Part shown: positions 23,576 through 37,059 of the stretch, piece by piece
Position numbering within the stretch: the stretch's first letter is position 1
Layout of the letters: every line of letters starts with the position of its first letter
Assembly (NCBI GenBank): GCA_053919585.1
Contig: CM132820.1
Direction: 5' to 3' (one strand)
Origin: Euprymna scolopes
Taxonomy: Eukaryota
Length of the DNA: 64,000 nt
Position numbers and translations under genes: made by a program
Notes under the pieces: model-generated
What the model was told of the DNA's origin: nothing
The model's input: the letters and a program-made list of their open reading frames with translations, nothing else
Database searches by the model: none

Positions 23576-24769
23576 TGTCTATACAAAAACACTTCTTCCA
23601 ATCAGAAAGTATCTACTCAAACCAGAATTACCCCCAAAATTTAAACAAGGTAATGAAGTGGGACAGCAGAAAGCAAGAGCATTACATCAACTACAAAGAG
23701 AAAACAATTCTATCATTGCACTCAGTATATGGGTTACGGATTAAACCACATGTTAAAAAGTGTAGAAGAAAGCTGTGGCGAAAGCTGTGAAAATGAGGGC
23801 TTACCGTTCAAACGGCCTAGGTGTGCTTGTGTGCTTTGTCATCGCTGCGAAGCTAGGATAGGAAAAGAATTCCAAGATGGCGCCGACGGCGTTTTGTAAT
23901 AGTATGATCTCGGAAACTCTCGCAAAATCCCGTGCATATATGCAAATCAGTTGGTCTTCGACAACTATAAATTCAGGTCGTTTTGGAAGGCAAGCAGTAA
24001 GGAAAGAACGGTAGGTTGGTAATTGTGTACACTGGTTCGTGTTGGTGGCGTGTCACATATCTGTGTGTGTGTACTGATCGAACCGCTTTCCTGTCCCTTG
24101 GACTTTTAATTTGTTTAGATTGGACTTCAACTTCAAGCTATTACGGCAGATATCTCTGGTATGGACAAGTTCGACCTAGAATTGATCCCAGAATTTGACG
24201 GCTCCCCGGACGGACCTTCGGTGGTTGAATGGGTAGAGAAAGCCGAACGCGTTTGCCAGTTGTGCAAGATAAAGGACCCAGCTATAGTCATCCAGCTTAG
24301 GCTCACTAAGGGGGCCTATGTCGTGTATCAGCAGCTCGGGGATGAAGCGACTATGGAACAAATTAAAGAGGCGTTATATGGAGCATTTGGAGCAGACCCT
24401 TTTGTTGCCTGGCGGCAATTTTCTGGACGACGGCTTGGGCCAGGGGAGACGGTAGATGTTTATCTGGCCGACCTGAAGAAGCTTGCCGCCCCCTTCGGGG
24501 GTTCAAGCGACCGCATATTGGCGTGTGCCTTCCTGTCTGGGCTCCCGGAAAGTGCCAGTCGACTGCTGCGGGCATCATCGAGGCTCAATGAGCTTGGATT
24601 AGAGGAGCTATATTGCCGCCAGGCAACAAAAGGGTCCGCTCCAAATGCTCCGTACAACGCCTCTTTAATTTGTTCCATAGTCGCGTCATCCCCGAGCTGC
24701 TGATACACGGTATAGGCCCCCTTAGTGAGCCTAAGCAGGATGACTATAGCTGGGGTCTTTATCTTGCAC

Positions 24770-26793
24770 TGACTGGGATAGCTTCTGTACATCGCGCACA
24801 GAAATCACTTTTTCCATAGCTACCAACGTAATAGATGCACTGAGACTAAAGCTGCTTTCAGGACCGCCAGCAACCACTGTATAAGAGTAATAAAAAATGC
24901 AAGAGAGCTATATGCCCAGTCTGTTAAATCCAAGGTAGCTGATCAGTGGCTTGGTTCCCACCAGTTTTGGCAAATAACAAATAGGATCCTGAACAGAAGT
25001 GTGCGTTCTATCCCAAACATTATCAATGGACCAGAGATCATCTCGTCAGCGTCAGACAATGCCAAACTATTTGCAAAGAACTTTGCAGCTTATTCTACCC
25101 TATGCGACGAAGGCCATCAACTCCCCATATTTCCTCCTATAACACAGAACTAGCTAGGTAACATACAAATATCTGTGCATGAGGTCACCAAGCTAATCAA
25201 GAACCTAGATTCCAGTAAAGCAACTGGCCCTGATGACATCCCAATTATAGTGTTAAAAAAGCTTCAACCAGAACTTGCTCCCATATTTACGAAACTATTT
25301 AAATGCTGTCTTAAAGAGAAGTGATTTCCGACTCCCTGGAAGACCTACTCAGTTTGCCCTGTATTTAAGAATTCAGGTGATAAGTCATCTCCCTCTCAGT
25401 ACAGACCAATAAGTCTCCTGTGTGTTATGAGTAAGTTACTGGAATCCATATTAAATAGAGAAATAGTCAACCACCTCAGCAGGAATAACCTTCTTAGTGA
25501 CACACAATATGGTTTCTGCTCTGCAAGATCTACCGCAGATGTGCTGACGGTTATATCCCACAGGATTAGTGAATCTCTTGACAAAGGCTTCCTTTCTAGG
25601 GCAATTGCTCTTGACATATCAAAGGCCTTCGACAAGGTATGGCATAAGGGTCTACTTCACAAGATTTCCAGTTATGGTATAACTGGAAATGTTTTCTCAA
25701 TCATTAAATCATTTCTCTCCGATAGGCTCATAAGAGTAGTGGTAGATGGACAAAAATCGGAGGCCTGCACTATAAATGCTGGAGTCCCTCAGGAGTCAAT
25801 CCTGGGCCCAACTCTCTTCCTGATCTACATCAATGATCTCCCTAAACACATACTTAAATCATTTGTTGACATATATGCTGATGACACGACCATCTACAGC
25901 AACACATCAAAGGCTGTAAATGACAGCTCTCTCTGATTCTCTCTCCTCTGATCTCGAGCGCGTGGTTCAATGGGGGAAGAAAACCAAACTCCTATCCTTA
26001 CATAATCAATGCTCTGATCCCCATCTGGCATCAATTGTGATGGATGGCTCTCGTCTGGGTGAGGCCCCGTGTTTTAACAAGCTTCTGGGTTTGAACTTTA
26101 CTCCTGATCTGAAATGGAACACGTATATCAAGTCTGTTGCCAAGGTCGCTGGAAAGATGGTGGGATCCTTCTACTGCTTCAGAAGATATCTCACGACTGA
26201 TGCAATTCTCTATCTATATAAAAGCCAAGTACGTCCAAGGATGGAATACTGTTGCCATATCTGGGCAGGAGCTGCTAAAAGCAGCCTATCCTGACTTGAC
26301 AGAATACAAAATAGACTTCGTGGCTTAGTGGGGGATGCCCTTTTCTCTACCCTGCAACCTCTCTCCCACAAAAGAGACGTTGCGAGCCTATCCTTGTTTT
26401 ATCGTTATTTCCATGGCAGGTGCTCGTCTGAACTCCAATCTCTGGTCCCCCCTCACCAATCTTTCACAAAAAACACCCGTCTAGCTGAATCCACTGTGAA
26501 AAATTTCCCCCACTCTATATCTGTGCCTAAATCAAAACGTGGATTCCATGAACAAAGCTTCTTTCTTAGAACTGCATGCCTGTGGAACTCTGTTCCGTCT
26601 GCCTGCTTCCCTCCGGACTACAACTTGGATGTGTTCAAGTCCAATGTTAACAAATTCCTAATGAACCGCCCCCTTAAGTAAACACTTCATCAAATCTCCA
26701 CACTAACGTAATGTAATTGCAATAACCTTTATCCCTGAGTGGCTTCTGGGCCTTGATAAGTGGTGATCACTGTGTAAAAAAAGGAAAAAAAAA
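24770..26793 (+). mobile_element. 5'-truncated CR1-group LINE (RT plus 3' UTR and poly(A))
   Basis: QYGF, ALDISKAFDKVWH, GVPQESILGP, YADD, MEYCCHIWAGA; poly(A) tail; TSD AGCTAT (24606-24611 and 26793-26798). Confidence 0.93.
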
Positions 26794-27803
26794 GCTATTG
26801 GCTAGAGCCTGAAACATCATGAAGGACGAGGAGGAGCCAGTCTCGGCAGCAGTTGAGGCATTGGAATCGCCTGTAGAGGGCTGACGATGCTATAAATGTG
26901 GCGGCCCCAACCACTTCGCCAGGGATTGTAGGAGTGACACGAAGGGCGCCCCGGATTATGGAGCACGGAAGCGAGTGCGTTGTTACTGTTGGGGCAAGCC
27001 AGGCCATTTAGCTCGGGTGTGTCCAGGAAACGAGCAGGGGGAGGAAGCCGCGACGCCAACACCCTCCCCAAAGCGGCTGTGAACAAGGTGCTCCCTGAAG
27101 TAATCGTGAATGTTGACGGGCGCAAATGCTCAGCACTGGTTGATACAGGGTGCACCCAAACCCTGATATGCAAGGGATGTTGCACCGCATGGAAGGAGCG
27201 GAAGGTTCCGCTACTAACCATTTGCAGAGGTTTGCTGATACGTAGTGGGGTGAGCGAGGTCTACGTAAGCAGTGCAGTGGCCTCCCAGTGGCTGTGAAGG
27301 CGTTGGTGGTCGACGAGGAACTACTGGGGTAAGACCTGGCTGGGCGGAATCACCATAAACGGCGCCGGTGATGTAAGGTTCCCCCAACTTGAGACACTGG
27401 TCTGCGCAGCCATCACTCTTGATGAACCCGACTTCCACGCAAAATACAACAGGGGCACGAACGCCTGGACTGTGTCCTGGAAGTGGTCAGGTGACCAGCC
27501 ACCAGTTTCCCTGCGGAATCAGCTGGTGGAGTATCCTCCTCCCGCACATCTTAGGGGGCAGTACGAGGCAGAGCTCCAGGTTTGGGAGGACAATGGCTGG
27601 CTGGTCCCGTACCCGGAAGACGAACTTGGGCCCCCAAAGGGGTTGATTCCCCTGATGGCTATCAGGCAGGAGAACAAACAAAAAGTCTGACCCGTCATGG
27701 ACTACCGGGAACTCAACGAGCACGTTGACCCGCACATGGGGGTGCAGACGTCTGTACACACAAACTGAGAGAGTGGCGGCAACAAGGGGCGGACGCAGCA
27801 ATA

Positions 27804-30107
27804 TTGGATTTGCGAAGAGCTTACTTGCAGATACGCGTCGAAAAATCGCTGTGGCCGTACCAGACGGTCAAGATTAAAGGGACACTTTATTGCTTGACAA
27901 GGCTAGGGTTTGGCCTGAACGTGGCCCCAAACATCATGACGGCAATTATGCAGGCGATCCGCCATCAGGACGAAGCCGTGCAACAAGCGACATCGTCATA
28001 TATCGATGACATCTACGTGAACGAGAGCCTCATGCCTGCGCAGAAGGTTAAAGAACACTTTGAAAGCTTTGGGCTAATGTGCAAGGAACTGGAGCGACTG
28101 CGAGATGGGACAGAGGTGCTTGGCCTGCGTGTGAGCGGCAGTGCAGATGGACTCAGCTGGGGAAGAGGTGGTGACGTCCCGGAAGTCCCAACTAGCGTCA
28201 CGCATTGGTGCGTCTTCTCCATCTGTGGGAAACTGGTGGGCCACTTCCCTGTGTGTGGGTGGCTCCGGGTGGCAGTGGCGGCCATAAAGCGACGAACGAC
28301 TTTCATGTCAACCGGGTGGGATGATGAGCTGCGCGACCCCGCCCTGCGGAAAATGCTAGAGGAGACTTTGGCCAGAGTCTCCGAGGACGATCCAGTGCGA
28401 GGGAAATGGTGCGTCGATGGAAGCGAGTTTACGGTTTGGGCGGATGCCAGCTCGCTCGCCCTCGGTGTTGCTCTGGCAGTCAACGGATCTATTGTGGAAG
28501 ATGCCTGCTGGCTTCGGCCAGAAAATGACGCTAGGCACATCAACCTGGCTGAACTCGATACGACAGTGAAGGGGGTCAACCTGGCGCTACAGTGGCAGGC
28601 CAGAGTCCTGCACATCGTTACAGACTCCACATGTGTGTATCAGTGGACGACCGATGCCTTGAGTGGAAAGGCACGATTGGCGACGAAGGCATCAGGCAAA
28701 ATGCTCATACGGAGGCGGCTTGCTACCCTAACCGAAACCATCAAGGAATACAACCTGGTCGTGGATGTGATGCTAGTACAGTCCTGTCAGAATCGCGCAG
28801 ATCGGCTGATCAGAGTGCCGTGCTGTTGGCTGGACCTGCCGAAAGAAATGGAAGAACCGGCACCTGTGAACTGCGCCGCGGTGGGGCATTGATTCAAACC
28901 AGACCATGTTGCTGACGTCCATTGCCAGAGTGGTCACCCCGGTGTAAACTGAACTCTCTACTTCGCTAGACTGGTCGACCCCTGTGTGTCAAGGAAGGAG
29001 GTAAAATCAGTGGTGAGGAGTTGTGAAACCTGCAAGTCGATCGATCTGGCGCCTGCACGGTGGAAGAAGGGAAAACTGAGCGTAAAGAACAATTGGGACA
29101 GGCCCGCGGTGGACGTGACCCACCACAACGGCGGGGATTTTTTGACGATGATTGACTGTGGACTGTCTAGGTTTGCGTTGTTGCAGCCACTTCGCCGACA
29201 GGATGCAGCCGCCGTTGTCCGGGAACTGGAAAGTGTCTTCCTTGAGCGTGGCCCTCCTTCCGAAATACTGACCGACAACGGCACCGCTTTCGCTAGTGGG
29301 CGGTTCAAGCAGTTCACAGATGGCTGGGGTGTACGACTACGATTTCGGTGCGCCCATGTGCCTAGCAGGAACGGGATCGTGGAATGGAACCACCGGGCCA
29401 TCAAGACCATTGCAGCTAGGAAGGGGTGTACAGTGCCTGAAGCGTTATACTGGTACAACATCACCCCTAAGGACGATGTCTCGCCCTCTACCGCACTGGC
29501 TGAGGCACTGCACCGGTACCATGTCAGGGTGAAAGGGTTAGCGGCCAGCTCTTTACCCGAGCCAGAAGCGGCACGAGATAGTATCAAAGTGGGAGACGTC
29601 ATCTGGGTTAAGAAACCCCGTGGCAGATGCACCATGCGCTATGGAACCAGGCGTGTTACAGAGGTGATCAGCCCGCAAGCCATGCAGATTGATGGGGTGC
29701 CCCGACAGGTCAGGGACCTGCGAGCTGCATCACAGGTGCAGCCGCCGCTCGGTGACGAATGTGAAACGAGTTCCACGACCAGTGAACCATCATTCTGGTA
29801 TACGCCAGCTTCATCGGACGACGACAGCACTGAAATTGGCAGCCTCCGGTTCACTGATCCCCAGACCGCGGACGGAAGCTCAACTGAAGACGAGGCTCCC
29901 TATCTGCCCCTCCGTAGAAGCACCCGAAGAAGGAGGTCGCTGCCTCCCTGCCCCCTCTGTGATAATGATATCACGAGGGAGTGTGGCGAAAGCTGTGAAA
30001 ATGAGGGCTTACCGCTGAAACGACCTAGGTGTGCGTGTGTGCTTTGTCATCGCTGCAAAGCTAGGATAGGAAAAGAATTCCAAGATGGCGCCGACAGCAT
30101 TTTGTAA
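27804..30107 (+). pseudogene. pol: Gypsy B pol (RT-RH-IN), disrupted
   Basis: ORFs 27804-28892 and 28986-30107 contain DLRRAYLQ, YIDD, HINLAELD and LTDNGTAF. Confidence 0.9.
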
Positions 30108-31175
30108 TGGTATGATCTCAGAAACTCTTGCAAAATCTCGTGCATGTATGCAAATCAGTCGGTCTTCGACAACTATAAATTCAGGTCGTTTTGGAAGGAA
30201 GGAAAGAATGGCCGGTTGGTAATTGTGTACGTTGGTTCGTATTGGTGGCGTGTCACCATGTCTGTGTGTGTGTACGTACTGATCGAACCGCTGGCGCTTT
30301 CCTGTCCCTTGGACTTTGAATTTGTTTAGATTGGACTTCAACTTCAAAAGAAATTATCGTGTGTCAGGGACTAGATGAAATATGACATGTTAAAGTTAAT
30401 GGGTAGCTGCATCAATAGAATCGAGTTAATTTTACGAAAACAAAACAAACAAACAAGCAAAAACAAACACAACAAAACACACGCGTGCGCACACACACAC
30501 AACAAAAGCAACTCCAGTACTATCATCCGTTTTCAAATATCAGTTAATGCCTGGGAAGTGTCTTCCCAAGACCGAACAAGTATAAATACCAGATCATTAT
30601 GTCTAATTATCATCTTCTTTAAGTTCTTTTTCCATTATGTAAATACTAAAATGTTGAGATAAATAAAATAATTCTAATTTCATCCGTTGATATTGAACAA
30701 AGATATCGCCTCTATTTCGAAATAATTTACTTTTTAATTTTCCTCTTCGATTTATTTCTGCGAACTTGTTCTTCCGTTCGCCATCTTGAATTTTAGTTTC
30801 ATCTTACGAAATCATTCATATTTGAAAAGTCATTTCCTTAAAAAAAAAAAAACCAGTTAAAGTCAGTCGAAAGCAAATTATAAAACATAAAGTAAGTATT
30901 ACTAAATGAACTTAGCATCTAAATTTTGTGCATTTGCAGAATAGGTTAAAAATGTAAGGGAGATAATTACATTTACTAAACGAATAATCATAATGAAAAT
31001 AGTGAAAACCTGGACAACTTTTTCCTTTTTATATTTTAAACTGTCGATTGCGTTTTGTTTTATTTTGTTTTTACTAATGATTCAAAAATAAAGAAAACAA
31101 CAACTCATTTATCGTTTACCTAAAATTGTTTAAATTAAGTAAACATATTTTTCACTATTTAGGGTTTAAAGTATT

Positions 31176-31774
31176 GGGTTTGTATTACTGTACACATAGA
31201 TTCGAAAAAGTTGTCAAAAAACAAATATATAACAAATAAATGTTATCAAAGGTAAGATAAGTTATTTTTCTACCAAAGTGGACATATTTATCGTGTTTTT
31301 ATTTAATGTAACATGTTTATTCAGCTCGAAAAGTTGACAGTGTTTACCGATGTATTGGAAAATTCAAAAGGCGGCCGACTCTCTCTCGGAGAGGGTAAGT
31401 TTGGAAAAAGATATTATAAATAATAAACTAGAAAAAAATACTGTTAGAAATTCGCTCAATATATGTTACTGTGACATAAGTTGACATATATTCGGTTGTT
31501 TTTTAATAGTATTTTGTCTAGTTTAATATTTATAACATCTTTTGCCAAACTTACCGTGTTAAAGAGACAGTCGGGCGCCATTTTGAATTTTCCAATACAT
31601 CGGTAAACACTGCATGTTTTTCGAGCTGAATAAACATGTTACATTGAATAAAAACACAAAAAATATATCCAGTTTGGTAGAAAAGTAACTTATCTTGCCT
31701 TTGATAACATTTATTTGTTATATATTTGTTTTTTGACAACTTTTTCGAATCTATGTGTACAGTAATACAAACCC
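31176..31774. mobile_element. 599-bp almost fully palindromic MITE
   Basis: ~290-bp inverted arms starting GGGTTTGTATTACTGTACACATAGATTCGAAAAAG, a short central loop, and a perfect 8-bp TSD AAAGTATT. Confidence 0.92.
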
Positions 31775-32211
31775 AAAGTATTTTTTTTATATATGAAAAC
31801 AATTAAAAAAAACAAACAGAACAATCGACGACTGCAAAATCATTAAAAAAAAAACAAAAAAAAACTACAGCATTTTCATCTTCCAAAATTCTTTCTCGGG
31901 GCAAAACAAATGCAACAATTATCATCACCGTGAAAACAAAAAGCTGTAAAAGATTAAAAAAAAAAATAAATAAATAATTTTTTAAATTATTATGAGTATT
32001 TGCTTAGTAAATGTACTTATCTCCATTACATTTTTAAATATCCCGGCAAACATGCCTCTTGTTTTTAATTATTTTTTAGTGCTTATGCACTTATGTTATC
32101 GTGCAATATTTTATATAGTATTTCCAAGTTACATTCAAGTTTTATATCATTTTTTTTTTATTAAATTGTGAGTTGAAAGTACAGAATAGTTACAAAATAC
32201 TCTCCCCTACC

Positions 32212-32478
32212 TGTTGTATACATACATCATTATGTATGTGATTTATATAAGCAAAGTTTATCTATTTGTGAGTGTGACAGTAAAATAAGTTTGTCTTATA
32301 GTGCACTTATTAATATCATTATGAGTGAGTAGAGATCAGGATGTTCTGTGGAAGAGATATGAGGAAAGAGATTGACTCCGAGTAGTTTAAAACACCTTTT
32401 ATTTCCAGAACGCCATCTTATCGGAAGCCCTAGCTACCGGAAGTATCCTCAACTGTCAACCCACAGTAAATGTCTTTC

Positions 32479-32551
<73 letters not shown>

Positions 32552-35500
32552 TAAGATCACCCCTCCCAAGATCCTTTGCTATTGAAATGCAAGTTCACTT
32601 AACAAATAATCTTGCATCCATCTGGGTTGATGTATTGGTTGTCCTGACCTTGATCGAACTCCTAACTCTGGAATTGCTGGGTTTGGTGCTCTTTCTCTTG
32701 GTGGATGAACTTGCGTGGGTAAACCAAATATTGTGTCAGGGTAAGGTTGTGCTGTTGGCACCTTTGAACGAGGTACTAGCAGTAGATCTCGGCGGTTTGG
32801 GCATATAGTTCTGCCATTATCCATCAGTACCAAGTATGATCTTGGTTGAGAGCAATGTTCAATCACTCTGCCTATCCTGGACCAAGTTTTCCCATCATGT
32901 ACTCTGATGTGATCCCCTATCTTTAGTGAAGGCAACACGTGCTTATTGCTGATATGCTGTTTTACCTTCTGCATGTTAGTTGGGGATGATCTGCAAAGAT
33001 CATAACCATCATTTCTTATGCTTGGAAGAAGTGTTCTCAGTTGGTGGTTATTCAGTTTAGCTACTGGTGAAGGAGAGTTATTTTTCCAGCTGTTGTACGT
33101 AATTTTAGTAGAGCAATATATGGATCGTCTCCAGTGTGGAAACATTTGTGCAGTGTTTTCTTCACTGTTTGGATGGTTCTCTCTGCTAGACCATTAGATT
33201 GTGGGTATTCTGGACTGCTAGTTACATGGAAAAAATCCCATTTTGTAGCAAATTCCTTGTATTGCTGAGATTTAAATTGGGGGCCATTATCGGATATTAC
33301 TTGTTTGGGTATAGCATGGCTCGAGAAGATATGTTTTGTACAAGTTATTACTGTTGATGCAGTTCTATCAGTGAGATGGCTGAATACAAAAAATTTTGAG
33401 TGGTAATCCACTACCATGTGGTAATCTTTCCCCCGCTGCCTGAAGAGGTCCATACAAACCTTATGCTATGGTTGGTCAGGAATGTCATGACATATTTCTG
33501 GCTCTGAACTTTGTTGATTGCTGTAGTGTTGACATAATTCGCAATTTTTTATCATGTCCTCTATTTATTTGTTCATGTTTGGCCAAAAAAGAGACTGCCT
33601 ATCATTGGATTTGGTTTTCTCAATACCAAGACGTGCCTGATGTAAAATCCTGCACATTTCTGGTCGCATATTGGTTGGAACAAGAGTTTGTTGACCCTTT
33701 AATAGTAGTCCTTCCTGGTATGTCATGTCATCTCTGTAATTAAAATATGGTTGAAGACAGGCATTGAGATTATTTCGATGCTGTGGACATCCTGACTTGA
33801 TTTGCTGTTGCAGTTGTTGTAATGTTTCATCATTAGCCGTCTGAGTTATGAGCTGTTGATGACATTTGTCGCTCGGTAGTGGACAAAAAGTTAATTTCTT
33901 TGCCAGAGATTTCTGGTTTGTTGTACTTTTGTGAGTGTGCCAACAATGTGCATTAGTTTGTCCTGAGTGAATCCAATTTCGAAATTGTATTTCTGTAAGC
34001 GTAATAGGAAACATGTACTTTGGGTGGGGTTTAGAGATTGGTTTTGTGACAATAGTTTTGAGAGGCTTGTGATCATTGTTTATTATAAAGCGTTGCCTAT
34101 ATAAAAAATCATAAAAATGTTCACATGCAAATACTGTAGACAACATTTCCAGTTCAAGCGGGCAATAGTTGCTCTCAGCTAATGTAAGAGAACGGCTAGC
34201 AAATGCCACTAGAGTCCAGTTATTATTGTGTTTTTGTTCCAACATAGCCCCAAATCCTGGGGTTGATACGTCTGAAGAGACTCTGATGGGAAGTGCTGCA
34301 TCACAATATTTTAATGTTGGACTCTGTGTAACTAATTTTTGTAGTCGTCAAACAGCTTCTTTCTGTGGTTTATCAAAAGACCACATGTTATCTTTTTCCA
34401 ACAAGAGGCGAAGAGGTGCAGTTTCATTTGATAAGTTAGGGATGCATTTTCCTAAGTAATTTATGCCTAGAAAATGCTGGAGTTTTGTTTTGTTTGCTTG
34501 ATCTGGCATGTTCATGATCGCTTTTCATTTTTTGTCATCAGGTTCAACCCCTCTACTGGATATTTTGTGTCCTAGGAATGTCAACTCAGTAATGTTGAAC
34601 TGACACTTTGATTGATTTAGTTTCATGCCAGATTCCTTATAGCATTCAGAACCTCAGTAGTTCTCTTTTGTAAGAGTTCTGGAGTGTCTGCTCAAATGAG
34701 GATATAATCCTGTGAGTTTCTGCATCCTTCAACATGTTCTATGATAGCTGCTATTTTTGTATGACATATTTCACTCGCACTGTGTATGCTATATAGTAGA
34801 CGTGTGAATCTGTAGCATCCACAAGGTGAGTTGAAAGTGAGAAGTTTGGAACTTTCCTCATCAACTTTAATCTACCAGAATGCATTAGATGCATCAAGCT
34901 TAGTGGAAAACTTTGCATCTGCCATTTCCTGTATTATGTCTGATGCTATTGGTAAGCTACAATGCTCTCTTTTTATAGCCTTGTTAAGATTCCATGGGTC
35001 AAGGCATACACGAAGGGAACCACTGGGTTTTTCTACTACCACTAATGATGATAACCATTCTGTTGGTTCTGATACAGGTTTAATGACACCTAACTCTATC
35101 ATTTTTATGAGTTCCTTTTTTAATTTTTTCTTTAGTACAACTGAAATATTCTGTGGACGGTTTATGACAGGTTTAATTTCTGGGTCCATTGTGATGTGAT
35201 GAATACCAGGGAGAGTCCCACGTTCTCCAAAGCATTCCTTAAATTCAGAGAGAAAATCATTGTTATTTGTGTTCATTTTGCATACCTTTTTATTAGGTTG
35301 AGACTAGTACAGGTGTTTAGTCCTAGTATTGGAGATGCATCTATATCTGCTATGACAAACATGACATGATGCTTAACATTATTTCTTATTACTTGAGCAA
35401 CACACTTACCTTGAACTGGTATTGCTGTGTCATTATAGGCAGAAAGTGTTATGTTGGTTGAATGCAATTTTGGACGAACTGATAATCTATAGTAATCTTT

Positions 35501-36885
35501 TATCAGAAGAATGTTAACTTGACTGCTTGAGTCCATTTTAAATTGTATGTTCGTCCCATTGACTTGTAAATTAATGTTCCAATCTTCAGCTAAGGCATTA
35601 ACTTTGTGGATTGTTGTTATTTTTTCTCCTTGGATGAGAATTTGGCAGAGATGCTATCCACATAATTTTCATAATTATCTTCGTCTGTAGAAGATGCCTC
35701 ACTGTGTTCCTGGTGCACTTTATGTACTACTCTTTTAGCAGGACATCTACTCGCAAAATTATTTTATCTCTTGCATTTATTGCAGATTTGACCATATTCA
35801 GGGCAGTTTCCATGAATGAGAATGAACAGAATCTACATTTTTTATTTTATCGTTACTGTAGTTATTTGAAGAGTGTGGTAAATTACTTCCGGATTGTTGT
35901 TGTGGTTGATTAGTATTTTCCTTTTTTACAGACTTTTTTTGTAAAGTTCACCGATTTTAATTCTTTCTATAATATCTCCAGTCTTTGTCTAGTTAATTCA
36001 GCTGTTTGACCCACTTTTATACCTCTTTCCAAAGTTAAATCAGATTCGGCCAATAGTTTTTCTTGTAAACGTGAGTCATTAGTACCTATCATTATTACAT
36101 CTCTTATTAAACTTTCACAGAGTTCACCAAATTAACATTCTTGGCTGATTGTTTTTATCATAGTAATGAACTCATCAAATGATTCCGTGTCTTCCTGACG
36201 AACAGTGAGAAACTGAAAACGAGAGAGTGTTTCATTTCTTTGAGGGTTACAAAATTTTTCAAATTTATCTAAAACTGTTGCAAATTTGAGGCTGTCTTCC
36301 TCAGTTTAAAATCAAAGTTTCTATAAATGTTATGGCCTTGTTTTCCTAGACATTGCAAAATAATGCTTGTTTTAACTTCGTCACTTTTCTTGAGTTTTTC
36401 CGTTGCCATTAAATATATTTTGAGGTCTTGTTTAAAAACCTTCGAGTCTTCAAAAAGATTTTCTGAGGAAAAATCAGGTGGATGAGACGGAATAAAATGC
36501 AAATCCATTTTATTTATTTATTTTTATTTATTATTATTATTTTTCATCAACAAAACAAATGGGTTTTAAACTTCTGACACTATATTGTATACATACATCA
36601 TTATGGATGTGATTTATATAAGCAAAGTTTATCTATTTGTGAGTGTGACAATAAGTTTGTCTTACCATGCAGATATTTATTTAATATCATTATGAGTGAG
36701 TAGAGATCAGGATGTCCTGTGGAAGAGATATGAGGACAGAGATTGGCTCCATGTAGTTTAAAACACCTTTTATTTCCAGAACGCCATCTTACCGAAAGCC
36801 TTAGCTACCGGAAGTGTCCTCAACTGTCAACCCGCTGTAAATGTCTTTCATATATATATGTATATATATATATACATATATAACA
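32212..36885 (-). mobile_element. Full-length decayed Ty3/Gypsy LTR retrotransposon C
   Basis: LTRs 32212-32556 and 36583-36885; TSD CTACC; PBS TAGTGTCAGAAGT (tRNA-Leu, mutated); PPT GGGAGGGGTGA; gag from 36508; pol fragments LDASNAFW, NDHKPL, SDNGPQF. Confidence 0.95.
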
Positions 36886-37059
36886 CTACCCAAGTTAAGA
36901 ATAGCTTTCTAAATAATAACATTATTTCAGCATGATAACATAAAGTGCATACGTACCATATTTTTATTACACTTGTTTGGCATAATTTCTATTAAAAAAA
37001 GTTCCTTAAAGCTGCTATAGAAGCAAATACAGGCAGTTACAATCTCTATCGGTGCCTAA

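Larger units (their letters stand above)
23774..30346 (+). mobile_element. Full-length Ty3/Gypsy LTR retrotransposon B, with a LINE inserted in gag
   Basis: LTRs 23774-24135 and 29982-30346 (TGTGG...CTTCA, ~6% diverged plus indels); TSD AAAGC/AAAGA; gag 24161-24611 and 26794-~27050; PR ALVDTGC; RT SYIDDI; RH WADASSLALG; IN LTDNG. Confidence 0.95.

Noticed and set aside
23890-23905. Tf1-like self-priming partner for the element-B leader (GTAATAG in the LTR)
   Set aside because: It is only 7 nt, is not conserved in the 3' LTR, and lies upstream of the likely TATA box, so it would not be in the transcript.
28013-29635. 200-aa antisense ORFs within Gypsy B pol
   Set aside because: They are shadow ORFs of GC-rich coding sequence with no recognisable domain.
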